DNA of 35,281 nucleotides from an uncultured Chloroflexia bacterium (GTDB lineage: Bacteria; Chloroflexota; UBA6077; JACCZL01). Each line of letters begins with the position of its first letter. Position 1 is the first letter of the stretch. A program made the position numbers and the translations under genes. Positions 11,692-22,878 of the stretch are shown here, piece by piece. The notes beneath the pieces were generated by a model that saw only the letters and a list, made by a program, of their open reading frames with translations, was not told the origin of the DNA and did no database searches. Where the stretch lies: contig CAVXYC010000005.1 in assembly GCA_963765765.1 (NCBI GenBank), positions 1 to 35,281 of the forward strand. Reading direction: 5' to 3'.

Positions 11692-11740
11692 TGATATAAC
11701 GCTGGTAGGTTAGGGCGCAACTTGTCAGACATCTGATAAG
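11692..11740 (+). promoter_or_regulatory. Extended -10 promoter and palindromic operator upstream of the TctC/PrpD operon
   Basis: AT-rich patch with TGaTATAAC (11692-11700). Inverted repeat CTTGTCAGA-ca-TCTGATAAG (11721-11740) contains the GntR-like TGTC-A-GACA. Confidence 0.55.
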
Positions 11741-11763
11741 TGCGGAAATTGAAGCGCCGTGCG

Positions 11764-13071
11764 ATGGCGGACATTGGGGCATTACGACAGCGGGTAAGTC
11801 GAGACCGACAACGTCCGCCCGCTAACTCACGAGCCCGGCGAGACGCCCTGCTTCTCCTGGTTGTCACAATTGCCGGGGTCTTGTCGCTTGCAGCGTGCAG
11901 TTCACCCGCACCAACTGCAACCATCTGACCCTACAAGCAAGTGGCCACGGCCGGTTCATCGCCCGCCGCGGCGGCAAGCCCTGCGCGCTCCGCCGCCGCT
12001 CCATCCGCCTCGCCGGCGGCGAGCCCGGGGACATCCCCACCGGTCGGGCTTGGAGTCGACTCGCAGCCGACGAGCAGAGTGGACCAGTCGCTCGCCAACA
12101 TGTGGCAGGGGAAGATGCTCACCATCGTTGCAGGTGAGGCGCCCGGCAGTGCGAACGACACGACCGCGCGCATCATGGCACGGCATCTCGGTCGACATTT
12201 GCCCGGTCAGCCAACGATCATCGTCCAAAACATGCCCGGCGGGTCGCACCGCATTGCCATGAACTTTCTCTACACCGCCAAGTCAGACGGTCTCACCATC
12301 GGCATCGTCGATCTCAACGTCCCCTTCGACCAGCTCTCCGGTGAGGGCGCTGAGCAGGGCGTTCGTTACGACGTGAACAAGATGCACTGGCTGGGGCAGC
12401 CCCACGGTGGTGAATCAGCTTCTTGCGGCGCACCAACGCGCTGGCGCCACGCCAGCCGATCTCAGCTCGCTCGCAACACGAGAAGTAAAGATGGCCAACA
12501 CGTCCGCTGGTGATTCCCACACGTGATTCAGGCAGTACTGAATGGCGTTTTCGGTTGGAAGCTCAAGCCGATCTTTGGCTACCAGGGCACCCAGAACCGG
12601 CAGCTTGGCGTGATGCGGGGTGAAGTGGATGGCATGGTGAGCACCTGGGACAGCTTCCGCCGAACCATGGGCGATGAATTCAAAGCTAAGAACATGCTCC
12701 CCATCCTGGCCATCGGCGACCTGGGAAACGATCCGCTCCTTGACGGCATCTCGACGCTAGACAAGCTGGTGGCAACCAAGACCGCTGATGACAAGGCCCT
12801 GGCCGATCTGGCCGTTCGGCGCTATGACTGGGGTCGACGAATGGTAGCGCCACCCGACACCCCAGCAAACGTGGTGGCTACGATCCGTGCGGCTGCTTAC
12901 GCCTGCACCTTCGCCGACCCGAGTTTCCTGGCGGACGCTCAACAGATCGAGCTTGAGGTGATTCCGGTTTCCGGTGATCGGGTCCAGGAGCTTATGACGA
13001 GCTTCATGAAGACACCAAAACCCGCGCCGGACCGCATGGAGCCGCCCATCGATGCGGAGGCAGGCAATTGA
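11764..13071 (+). CDS. TctC/Bug-family substrate-binding lipoprotein, frameshifted
   Basis: Lipobox LSLAAC, AASPA linker, WQGKMLTIVAGEAPGSANDTTARIMARHLGRHLPGQPTIIVQNMPGG, GYQG..RGEVDG, GRRMVAPPDTP. Confidence 0.88.
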
Positions 13072-13074
13072 CCG

Positions 13075-14482
13075 TTGAGCACGCGCAATATGACTGCCAC
13101 AGAGCAGCTCGCTGAGTATGTTGAAAATTTAGGGTACCAGCATCTTCCTGCATACATGGTATTGAATATGGCCAAGTTTAGCATTCGCGACATCGTAAGT
13201 GTGGCGCTGTTTGCAAGCGATCTCGACTGGACCAACCACGGCGGCGGCTATGGCTCGCGAAGCTGAATGCGCCCCTGTGGCCAGCGTCTGGGGCCACGGT
13301 TGGAAGACCTCTGCTCCTTACGCAGCGCTGGTCAACGGTACTGCCGCTCACGGCATTGAGATGGACGACCGGAACCATAACCTGGAGATTCACAATGGTG
13401 CTGCCACCGTTTCCGCAGCCATCGCCATGGCCGAGCGGTGCGGCAGAAGCGGGCGCGACATCATCCTTGGCGTGGTCTGTGGTTATCAGGTCGCCTTCCG
13501 CGTAGCGCGGGCAACTCGAGGGCGGCATCTGGCCGCGCTTCTATTCCGATGGAATCAGGAGCTTCTGGGGCGCCGCCGCTGCGGCGGCCAGGCTGCTCGA
13601 GCTCAGATAAAAGGGCATGGTCTATACCTTCGGTATCACCGTAAATATGGCTTCCGGCCCGATGGAAGACACGCTCGATCCATTTGGCACGATGGTCAAA
13701 CCACTCCAAGGCGGCGGATGGCAGGGTTATTCCGGCGTCATGGCTGCGCTCCTGGCGCAACAAGGGCTCACGGCGCCGCGCGCCATGATTGATGGCGAGG
13801 ATGGGTTCTGCATTTATTTTTGCACCGTCAAGGAGCCCGATCTCGAGCTTCTCACGAAAGACCTCGGGGAAGACTTCGAGATGCTCCACTGGGAGACAAA
13901 GCCTTACGCCACCCGCCGCGCTTACCACAGTGCCATCGACGCAGTGAAAGAGCTGCGCGCGGGAGCACGGCGTTCAAGCGGAGCAGGTTGAGCGCATCGT
14001 CATGGGTGCCTCCAGCCGATTCGCCGGCAATTCGAACGTCGGGAAGCCTGATTCGGTGATGGCGGCGCAGTACGCCTGGCCTTCGCTACTTCCGCCGCCT
14101 TTCGCCACGATCTAGCCAACCCCGCCATCTGGAACGAGCACACTCTTCGACGCGGCACGCCCGCATCTCGGACACGTGGAATCGAGCGTCGGTGGAAGTC
14201 GACCCCGAGATCGACGCGATCTACAAGCAGACCGGAACCAACGCGGGTATCCGTGTGACGGCTCAGCTCACGTCCGGTCAGATCATCAGCGTGTGGCGAA
14301 AACACGCCAAAGGCACACCGGGTAATCCGATGACACGAGCGGACCTGGACTCCAAGTTCACGCTCCTTGCAGCTCACGCGCTCGGAGATGAAGGTGCCGC
14401 CCGACTCGGATCCACTCTGGACCATCTCGAGGACGCGCCCGCGCCATTTGATCTCACCACCCTGACCACGCGTTCCGCGTAA
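13075..14482 (+). CDS. MmgE/PrpD family protein (paralog 1), frameshifted
   Basis: TEQLAEYVENLGYQHLP, APYAALVNGTAAHGIEMDD, IHNGA, GYQVAFRV, WETKPYA, KGTPGNPMTRADLDSKF. Confidence 0.9.
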
Positions 14483-14509
14483 TCGCGACGCGGCTGACAA
14501 GGACAAACT

Positions 14510-15928
14510 ATGAGAGAAACAGAGCAGCTCGTTACCTGGGTTGATCAACTCACCTACGCGGACCTGCCTGAGCCGGTGGGGTCCACATGGCCAAGGCATG
14601 CATTCGCGATGCAGTGGGTGTTGGCTTGTTCGCGAGCAGCCTTGAATGGACCGAATATGGTGGCCGCGATGGCTCGCGAGGGCCGACTGTGCGCCAGTTG
14701 CTAGCGTCTGGGACTGGGATTGGAAATCCTCGGCGCCATACGCCGCGATGATCAATGGCACCGGTGCCCACGGAATTGAGATGGATGATCCCAACGACAA
14801 CCTGGAGATTCACAACGGCGCTGCGACCGTTCCGCGCTGGCCTCGGCACTTGCCTAGAAATCGGGTAAGAGTGGCCAGGATCGGACCGTCGCGGTCGTGT
14901 GCGGTTTCGAGGTGGCGTTCAGGCTGGCTCGCGCCACGCAGGCCCGGATCGAGAACTTTTACTGGAGCAGCGTCCGCAGCGTGTTTGGATCGGCAGCGGC
15001 TTCAGGCAAGGTCATCGGGCTCGACCATAAGGGCTTGCTGAACACGCTTGGTATCACGGGCAGCCTGGCTTCGGGCCTGCACGAGCACACCCACACCAAT
15101 TCCACGCGGGACCATGGTGAAACGACTCCAGGGGAAAGGATGGCCGGCGCAATCAGGAGCGACCGCAGCGCTTCTTGCCGAGAAGGGCATGACGGCGCCG
15201 TCCACGATCCTGGAGGGCAAACTGGGTGTCTGCCAATCCTTCTTGCACCAAAGGTGAGCCCTATATCCAAGCGCTCGTTCGAGGGCGGAGCGAGGGATTC
15301 AAGACCTCCAGCACACCGGGAGACCAAACCGGACGAAACAATGGCCAGCGCGGCCGGCATCCTTGACGCTCTTTCACAGGCACGTGAAGAAGCCGTGGTG
15401 CCTCGCGAGACGAGGTGACGCGCATCTCAGTTGGCTGCTCGACAAAGAGCATGACAAACGCACGCCGCCCGTGGCCGCAATCGGTCCTGTCGGCGCAGGC
15501 GAATACGCCATTTGTCGTGGCCGCCAGCTTCTACTACGAGATGGGCTACCCGGGCATCTGGAGCGAAGGAATTCCTGTCCGACGAGCGTATCCCAAGGCT
15601 CGCGGAGCGCTTCGAGACATTCATCGACAATGAGCTGGAGCGTCAGGCCGCCGAGACCAATGTCATCGGTGCGGGCAAGGTCGCGCTGACGCTGGCCGAC
15701 GGGCGCACAATCAAGGGTGTGGGTACCACATCCATCGGGAACGCCTGAAAACCCACTCACGCAGTGGGAGCTCACCCTGGAAAATTTGGGAACCCTTGAA
15801 CAGCTCGCGCACTGCCGGATGCACAGATCGATGAGCTGCTGCGCTACATCAATACGCTCGACACGCACCGGGCCAGCTCGATTTGGCAGCGTCGCGGACA
15901 TGAGCGGGTTCAGATCACTGGAGTCTAA
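14510..15928 (+). CDS. MmgE/PrpD family protein (paralog 2), frameshifted; 3' end approximate
   Basis: MRETEQLVTWVDQLTYADLPE, APYAAMINGTGAHGIEMDD, GFEVAFRLA, GTMVKRLQGKGWPAQSG, GTPENPLT. Confidence 0.88.
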
Positions 15929-15955
15929 CCATTCAGCGACGGAGATCGCTACCAT

Positions 15956-17229
15956 ATGACCGATCGGAACACACAGCGCACATCATTGCGGGACCGCGCA
16001 CAGCAAAGTGCGGGCGGGATTCTGCTGATCGCATGCGTGGCTCTGGCCGCGTGCTCGAGTCGGCCGACGCCATCACCCACTACCAAGCCGTCGGCCCCGG
16101 TCTGCTCCGGCAAATCCTGGCAGGGCGCGGTCGCCGCATCTCCGGGTGGGTGGCGGAAGCCCGCTGCTTCACCGGCAGCCTCTCCAGCCGCCTCCCTCGC
16201 GGCGCAGGTGCCCGTCGTGCCGAAGCCGTCTGCGCCACCGGATCCGGCACTGGCCAGTGTGTGGTCGGGCAAGGTGTTCACCATGGTCATCAGCGAGGCG
16301 CCCTGGGCGGCGCCGCTGATGCTACGGCGCGGCTGGTGGGCACCCATCTGGTGAAGCACCTTCCCGGGCACCCCTACGTACGTTCCGCAGAACATTCCCG
16401 TGCCAATAGCCGTATCGCGGCCAACTCCCTGTACACAGCTAAAGGGGACGGATTGACCGTCGGGATGGTCAACTCCGGGGACCCTGCATTCCAGCTCGCT
16501 GGTGAAGGGCCCGAACAGGGGGTGCGCTACGACGTCACCAAGTTCCAGTGGATCGGGAGTCCCACGGTTCAGACGCAGGCGCTCGTGGTCCATCAGAAGA
16601 TCGGCGTCACAGTGCAGACGCTCGATCAGCCTGACCATAACTCGCGGCACTCGCTGGGCATCGCCGGGCGTAGACAACCCAGATGGTGTCGGTGCTGCTC
16701 AATCATGCGCTGGGCTGGAAACTCAAGACCGTCTTTGGTTACCAGGGCCTCCCCGGGCGCATCCTGGGCATCGATCCCGGCGAGGTGGACGGACTTGTGG
16801 CCACCTGGGACGGCGTACCATTGATCAAGGGCGACGACCTGCGCAACAAGACACTCTGGCCGCTTGTGATCGCCGGTAGAGATAAGGACGACCCGCTCCT
16901 GGCAGGCGTACCCAACGCAGAACGGCTTTTTGCCAACACCACACCCGAGACGCGAGAAATGCTGGCACTGGTGACACGGCCGTATGAATGGGCGCGACCG
17001 TTTCTGGCGCCTCCCGAAACGCCGGCCAACATCGTCGCCGGTTTGCGCGCCGCGTTCGACGCGACCATGGCAGATCCTGACTTCCAGGCCGAGGCCAGGC
17101 GCCTTCAGATCGACGTGCTGCCCGTCTCGGGCGAGCGCATGCAGACCGGGCATGGCCGAGTATCTGAAATCGTCGCGGGAGACCGTCGATAAACTCCAGG
17201 CGCTGGTCGACGCCGAGGCGCCTCAGTGA
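15956..17229 (+). CDS. TctC/Bug-family substrate-binding lipoprotein, frameshifted
   Basis: Lipobox VALAAC, PAASPAASPAAS linker, GGAADATARLVGTHLVKHLPGHP, GVRYDVTKFQWIGS, ARPFLAPPETP..LRAAFDATMADPDF. Confidence 0.88.
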
Positions 17230-17255
17230 TGTCCCGGCTCGACCTGGAGCTGTCG

Positions 17256-18637
17256 ATGACTATGAAGGAGACATCTCGGCTCGCGTCCTTCCTCGCAGAT
17301 CTTCACTACGAGGATCTGCCGCCGGACGTCGTCGAGCTTGCCAAAGCTGGCGATTCGAGACGCTATCGGCGTGGGCCTGTTCAGCACCCGCCTGGAGTGG
17401 TCGCAGATCGTCGCGGACTTTGCTCACGATATGGCGGGCGAAGGGCCGTGCCACGGTCTGGGGGCGACCGTGGCGGATGACGGCTCCGTACGCGGCCCTG
17501 GTGAACGCGACGGCCACGCACGGAATCGAGATGGACGATCGCAGCCACAACCTGCAGATCCACAACGGCGCGACCACTGTGCCCGCGGCCGTCTGCGCTC
17601 TACCGAGCACGCAGTGGCCGCTCGGACGCGACCTGATCCTGGCAGTGGTGTGCGGTTACGAAGCGGCCTACCGCGTGGCCCGAGCATCGCAGCGGCGCAT
17701 CGAGCGTTTCTACTGGGTGAGCAACCGGAACATCTGGGGTGCGTCGGCCGCAGCGGCGAAGGCGCTGAAACTGAGCCAGGGCGAATTCGTGTGTGCGTTC
17801 GGAATCGCTGGCGGCATGGCGTCGGGTCTGTGGGAATTCACCCACGATCAGGCGGGCATGATGTCCAAGCGACTCCAGGGCGGCGGCTGGCCTGCGTACT
17901 CCGGAGTAACGGCGGCGCTTCTCGCACAGCGCGGATTTACCGGACCAGCCAGCATTCTGGAAGGTGAGAGCGGATTCTTACAGTCATTTTGCACCGCGGG
18001 AGAACCCGACACTGAGGCACTGGTGCGGAATCTGGGTGAAGATTTCGAGATGCGCCACTGGGAGACCAAGGCCTACGCCACGCGCGGCGTCTTCAGCACG
18101 CCTGTGGAATGCGTCTATCGTTTGGTAGCGGAGCATGGTGTTGAGCCGCGGAGCATCAGACGGCTCGCGCTGGAGTGTCGTGAAGGGCTGGTCCAGCACA
18201 CGACTACCGGTCGGCCCCCGTCGCTTACGGCCGCTCAGTACAACGTGCCCTTCGTCGTAGCGGCAGCCTTCTACTACGATCTCCAGGATCCGTCCATCTG
18301 GGACGAATCGATCCTGCAAGACGAGCGCGTCCTGGCGCTCTCCGAGCTTGTGGAAGTACAGCCAGATCCACAGGCATCCGACGAGTACGGTCCGCTGGGC
18401 TCACGCCTTACGGCGACGCTGGCGGATGGCCGAACCGTGAGCGTGCACGTGCGACACGACAAAGGGTCACCGGAAAACCCCATGACGGCGCATGACGTAC
18501 ATGCGAAGTTCGATGTGTTGAGTCGGCACGCACTGCCCCGCGCCCAGGCGGATGCTCTAAGTCTAATCATCGACAAGCTCGATCGCGTCGACACACCGCT
18601 GGATTTGAGCAATCTGGCGGGACGGTCGACTCGCTGA
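17256..18637 (+). CDS. MmgE/PrpD family protein (paralog 3), frameshifted near the N-terminus
   Basis: ETSRLASFLADLHYEDLPPDVV, APYAALVNATATHGIEMDD, KRLQGGGWPAYSG, GFTGPASILEG, KGSPENPMT. Confidence 0.92.
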
Positions 18638-18652
18638 AGGAGACCGAATAAC

Positions 18653-20040
18653 ATGAGAGAGACCCAGCAGCTCGCGGAGTACGTGTCTTCGCTGCGATAC
18701 GAGGATTTACCGTCCGAGGTGGTGATCACCGCCAAGAACGTCATCCGGGACATGGTGGGCGTCGGGTTATTTGCCAGCCGACTCCCCTGGACTGAGAAAG
18801 TGACCGACTTCGCCCAGGCCGCGGGCGGCCGAGGCAAGAGCACGGTCTGGGGTCGGGAGTGGCAGCTGACGGCGCCGTACGCCGCATTAGCCAACGGCAC
18901 AGCCGCCCACGGCATCGAGATGGATGAGCGGATCCACGGCCAGGACCTGCACAACGGCTCGTCGAGCGTCGCGGCCGGCATTGCCACTGCCGAGTATGCC
19001 GAGGGCAACGGGCCGGGACCTGATTCTGGCAATCGCCTGCGGTTATGAGATCGCGTCCCGCGTCAGTCGAGCATCCGATCGGCAAGCGCGACAGTTCTAT
19101 CCCAGCAGTCTGTGGAACATCCTGGGATGCACCACGGCCGTGGGCCTGCTCCTTGGCCTGGATGCCGTAGGACTGCAGAACGCGCTGGGCATCGCCGGCG
19201 GCATGGCCTGCGGCCTCACCGAATACAATCACGACCCGCACGGGACCATGGTCAAGCGGCTCCAGGGTGGCGGCTGGCCCGCCCAGGCGGGCGTGACGGC
19301 CGCTATGCTGGCACAACGGGGTTTCACCGGCCCGATCGAGCATCATCGAGGGTGAGAACGGCATGCTGCGTTCGTTCTGCACCACCGGCGAGCCAATCAT
19401 GGAGGCACTCACCGATCGGCTCGGCGAAACCTGGGAGATGCCGCTCTGGGAGACCAAGTGGTTCGCCGCCTGGGGCGGATCGCACAGCGGAATCGAGGCC
19501 GTCCTCACACTGCGCGAAGAGCACGACCTGACACCCGAGCAGATCGACTCGATCGAAGTTGGCATCAGCGAGAAGATCTATCCTGAGACGCAGAGGCCGG
19601 CGCCGCGCAGTATCCTAGCTGCCCAGCACAATCTGCCATTTATCCTCGGCGCCGCATTCTATTACGACCTGCACGATCCACGAGTGTGGCAGGACAGCAT
19701 TCTGGACGACGAACGAGTGCTAGCCATCGCCGCCCGTGTCAAAGCACATGTGGATCAGGAGGTCAACGATATCGTCCTCGCCACCCGCGATCTCGGTGGC
19801 ACCAAGATGACCATCGATCTATCCGACGGTCGCCAGGTGAGCACCTACGTGCGCTACACCAAGGGAACGCTGGACAATCCACTCTCACCTGCCGAGCTTG
19901 ATGATAAGTTCCGCATGATGAGCGGCGCCGCCCTCGGCCCCCAGCAAGTTGATGCTCTCAGCCACCTGCTGACGAATCTCGAGCGTACTGACCGGCCGCT
20001 GGACATGAGCCTGGCGCTGCGTCAGGGAGCGCTCGCATAG
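18653..20040 (+). CDS. MmgE/PrpD family protein (paralog 4), frameshifted
   Basis: RBS AAGGAG. MRETQQLAEYVSSLRYEDLP, APYAALANGTAAHGIEMDE, KRLQGGGWPAQAG, WETKWFA, KGTLDNPLSPAELDDKF. Confidence 0.92.
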
Positions 20041-20046
20041 GAACCA

Positions 20047-21348
20047 TCAGACAAACCGATCCTATATCCAACCCGCCACATAGTCAAACGTTGTCTTCAC
20101 GGTGTCTCCGTATTGCCCGGGGAACTCCTCGCAGGCCGCGCACGGGGTGATATTGTGTGAGGCGCCTTCCACGAAGACGAGCCTCTTGTCCGTGCTGCCG
20201 TGCGGTGCTGGAAAAAGATCCTCGCCTGTAAACCACCCAGTAGTGGCCCGTCATGGCCATGAGCAACAATGGCACGTGCACGCCTTCCAGATTGGCCGGC
20301 GTGGACGTGTTGGACGAATTCCAATCGATGCCCTGGATGTCGTCTTCGGTGATGGCGTAACGGTCCGGGTTCACGCGAATGGCGTTGCTGCTCAGCCAGG
20401 ACTTTACGGAGTAGGCGATTGCTCCCGATGACCACGAGGGTATTTCTCTGTGCGGCCGTCAAACTCGCCGCCCCGCCAGAGCTGGGCGTCACGCCGGTCA
20501 CCCGGACGCTGTGCGGAACATCCACAATCGTTGACCCGTCCGAGCGAAGTATCGGATAAGCGTCCTTCGTGTGCGCGATCAGCCGTGGATCGAGCTGCCA
20601 GATGCGCGCCTGGCCGCGTGCGAGCGGAAAAGGGCTCGTCACGGTTACAGGCCCCGCCCCTGCCGAATAAGCTCCAGCCGTTCTTGAGCGCGCTGGGTCA
20701 GACGTTGCATCCGCTGCGCTTGCGCTCGCAGGTAACGATGCCGAAAGTCGTCACTGTACCGCGGGCCGGCGGGATCGTAACCGTTTCGGGGATCGAAGAC
20801 GTCCAGCGTTGGATCGATTCGATTCGGCTCATCCTCGTCCACTACTGCCGGTTCCATGGCCGTGAGCGTGTTGGCAGCGTAGCCGTGATGCGCGTCCAAC
20901 AGCACCAGGCCATCAGCGGGCGGCAGTCCGTCTAAGATCGTCTCCGCCCCGGCGCGTGCTGCCCTTGGACCCGCGCCGCCGCCACGTCATTCTCCGCCAC
21001 GTTTTGATAGAAGGGCATGAGCTGACCGCCGCCGCTGTGGCCGATGAGTACTACCTGCTTGATTCCGGGGAGACCACGCAGATAGTCCACAGCAAGCTTC
21101 ACATCCAGCGGCACCTGCTCCCAGATCATCGTCTCGCGGTTGGTATTGAAATAGCGCCCGTTTACGCCCATCGCCCGGAAACCGCGGCTCGCCAGCTCGC
21201 TGCAACCGATATGGGTCATGTAGTTGGAGTTGGGATGCATGAACACCACTCCAACCGAGGTCTTCTGCCTGGCTCCGATCGGGCCTGCAGAGCACCCTGA
21301 TGGCTGTAGGGGAAGGCGTACGAAATCCAGGTTTAAGTGATCAGTCAC
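20047..21348 (-). CDS. Alpha/beta-hydrolase fold protein, frameshifted
   Basis: VVFMHPNSNY, AVDYLRGLPGIKQVVLIGHSGGG (GxSxG nucleophile elbow), LLDAHHG, DPTLDVFDPRNGY, VPLLLMAMTGH, FVEGASH. Confidence 0.8.
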
Positions 21349-21365
21349 CTGCCCGAATGACCTTG

Positions 21366-22565
21366 TTATTCTACATCTACCACAATGCCATTCGGGCGAC
21401 ATCGTGAAGCGCTTCTTGTCGAGCTCATGATCCAGGCCGACCCTGGCGCCATCTTCAACGATGACGTTGTTGACAAGAATCGCGTTGCGGAAAAGGGCGC
21501 CGTAACCAACGCGGACGTCATCCAGCAGCACTGAGCCATCGACGCGCGCTCCGCGCTGGACTCGTACAAGCGGCGAAAGCACCGAGTTCTGCACGGTTCC
21601 GCCGGCCTTAATGACACCGGCGCTGAGCAATGAGTCGTGCGCCTCACCCTGCTGTTGGTCCAGCACAAGTTTGGCTGGTGCGACCGGTGGGATGCCAGGT
21701 GTGGATAGGCCACTGTAGGTTATAGAGATTGAACGCCGGGACCGGTGCCACCAGATCCATGTGCGCGTCGTAGTACGCGTCAATAGTACCGACGTCACGC
21801 CAGTAGCCCCAGTCCGCCTCGGTAGACCCCGGAACTTTATTCAATGTGAAGTTGTAACAGCTTGCATCACCACGCTCCACGAATTTAGGCACCAGGCTTC
21901 CGCCGATGTCGTGTGCGCTGCGGTGACCCGGGACTTTGTTGTCACCGCGTTCACCCACGCGGCTGTGGTGAAGATGTAATTACCCATGGAAGCCAGGATC
22001 TGGTCCGGGGCATCGGTCCAGCCCGGCGCACTCGCCGGTCTTCTCGCGGAAGGCCTCGATCTACTGTCCGTGCCATCCTGGATGACACCAAAGGCGCTTG
22101 CCTCAGCCCGCGGTACCCTGACGGCCGCGACTGTGAGTCCGGCGCCATGGGCGATATGGTGCTCCAGCATCTGCTGAGGGTCCATGCGGTAGACGTGGCT
22201 CGCGCCGAACACGAGGACCCAGCCCTGCCGCTCGTCATAGATCAGGTTGAGGTTCTGGTACACAGCGTCCGCTGAGCCGAGGAACCACTGCGGGCCACGG
22301 CGCATTTGTGCCGGCACGGTGGCCACGTAGTGACCCAGCATGGCGCTCATCTGCCAGGTCTGAGCCACGTGTCTATCCAGACTGTGGCTTTTGTACTGAG
22401 TGAGCACAACGATCTTGCGGTAGCCACCGTTGGCGATGTTCGAGAGTACGAAATCGACCAGGCGATATGTGCCGCCAAAGGGTACAGCCGTCCTGCGCGG
22501 TCGGCTGTAAGTGGGCTGAGACGCTTTCCCTCTCCGCCCGCGAGGACCATAGCAAGAACCTGCAT
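21366..22565 (-). CDS. glgC: Glucose-1-phosphate adenylyltransferase (ADP-glucose pyrophosphorylase), frameshifted
   Basis: [90 protein letters not shown], followed by a beta-helix tail. Confidence 0.95.
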
Positions 22566-22878
22566 CCTCCGCCCCTTCTGGCGCCGTTCGCGCCAGGCGA
22601 TTGTGCGCCGCCGCTATATTACTGACGAGATTAACAAGCGGATTAACCGTACCACGTAGGAATCCGACAAATGGCGACCGATTTCAGGTGAAATCTGGCA
22701 ATCTATGCGGCTTGTCAGGCCTGGCGCCGGAGCGCGTGGCTATTGCAAGGGGCAGCCTCTAGTGGGTGTGCTGCGGGTGCCAATTCGTACCCGGTGCACG
22801 TGGCCGTCTCGGAAGGGAATTCTTACGATGACTGCAATCTCGGGACTGGAATCCAGGCCTTCAGGAAAGGCGAAAGCC

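Noticed and set aside
13075-20040. The four PrpD copies as an assembly duplication artefact
   Set aside because: The copies differ extensively in DNA and protein outside the conserved motifs, so they are real paralogs.
13075-20040. Assigning gene symbol prpD (2-methylcitrate dehydratase)
   Set aside because: There is no prpB/prpC context and the motifs diverge; only family-level assignment is supported.
20062-20064. In-frame TAG near the hydrolase end as pyrrolysine or readthrough
   Set aside because: It is only five codons from the next stop, not at a catalytic site, and has no pyl context. A real stop or a base error is simpler.
20932-21798. Apparent GlgC-hydrolase fusion in the 288-aa ORF
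   Set aside because: An indel near 21390 shifts the glgC tail. The GlgC-like end (NGIVV..*) stops at 21366 in another frame, and the hydrolase has its own GTG at 21348.
22696-22710. Sigma54 promoter (TGGCA..TGC)
   Set aside because: The GG-to-GC spacing is 8 nt rather than the required 10.
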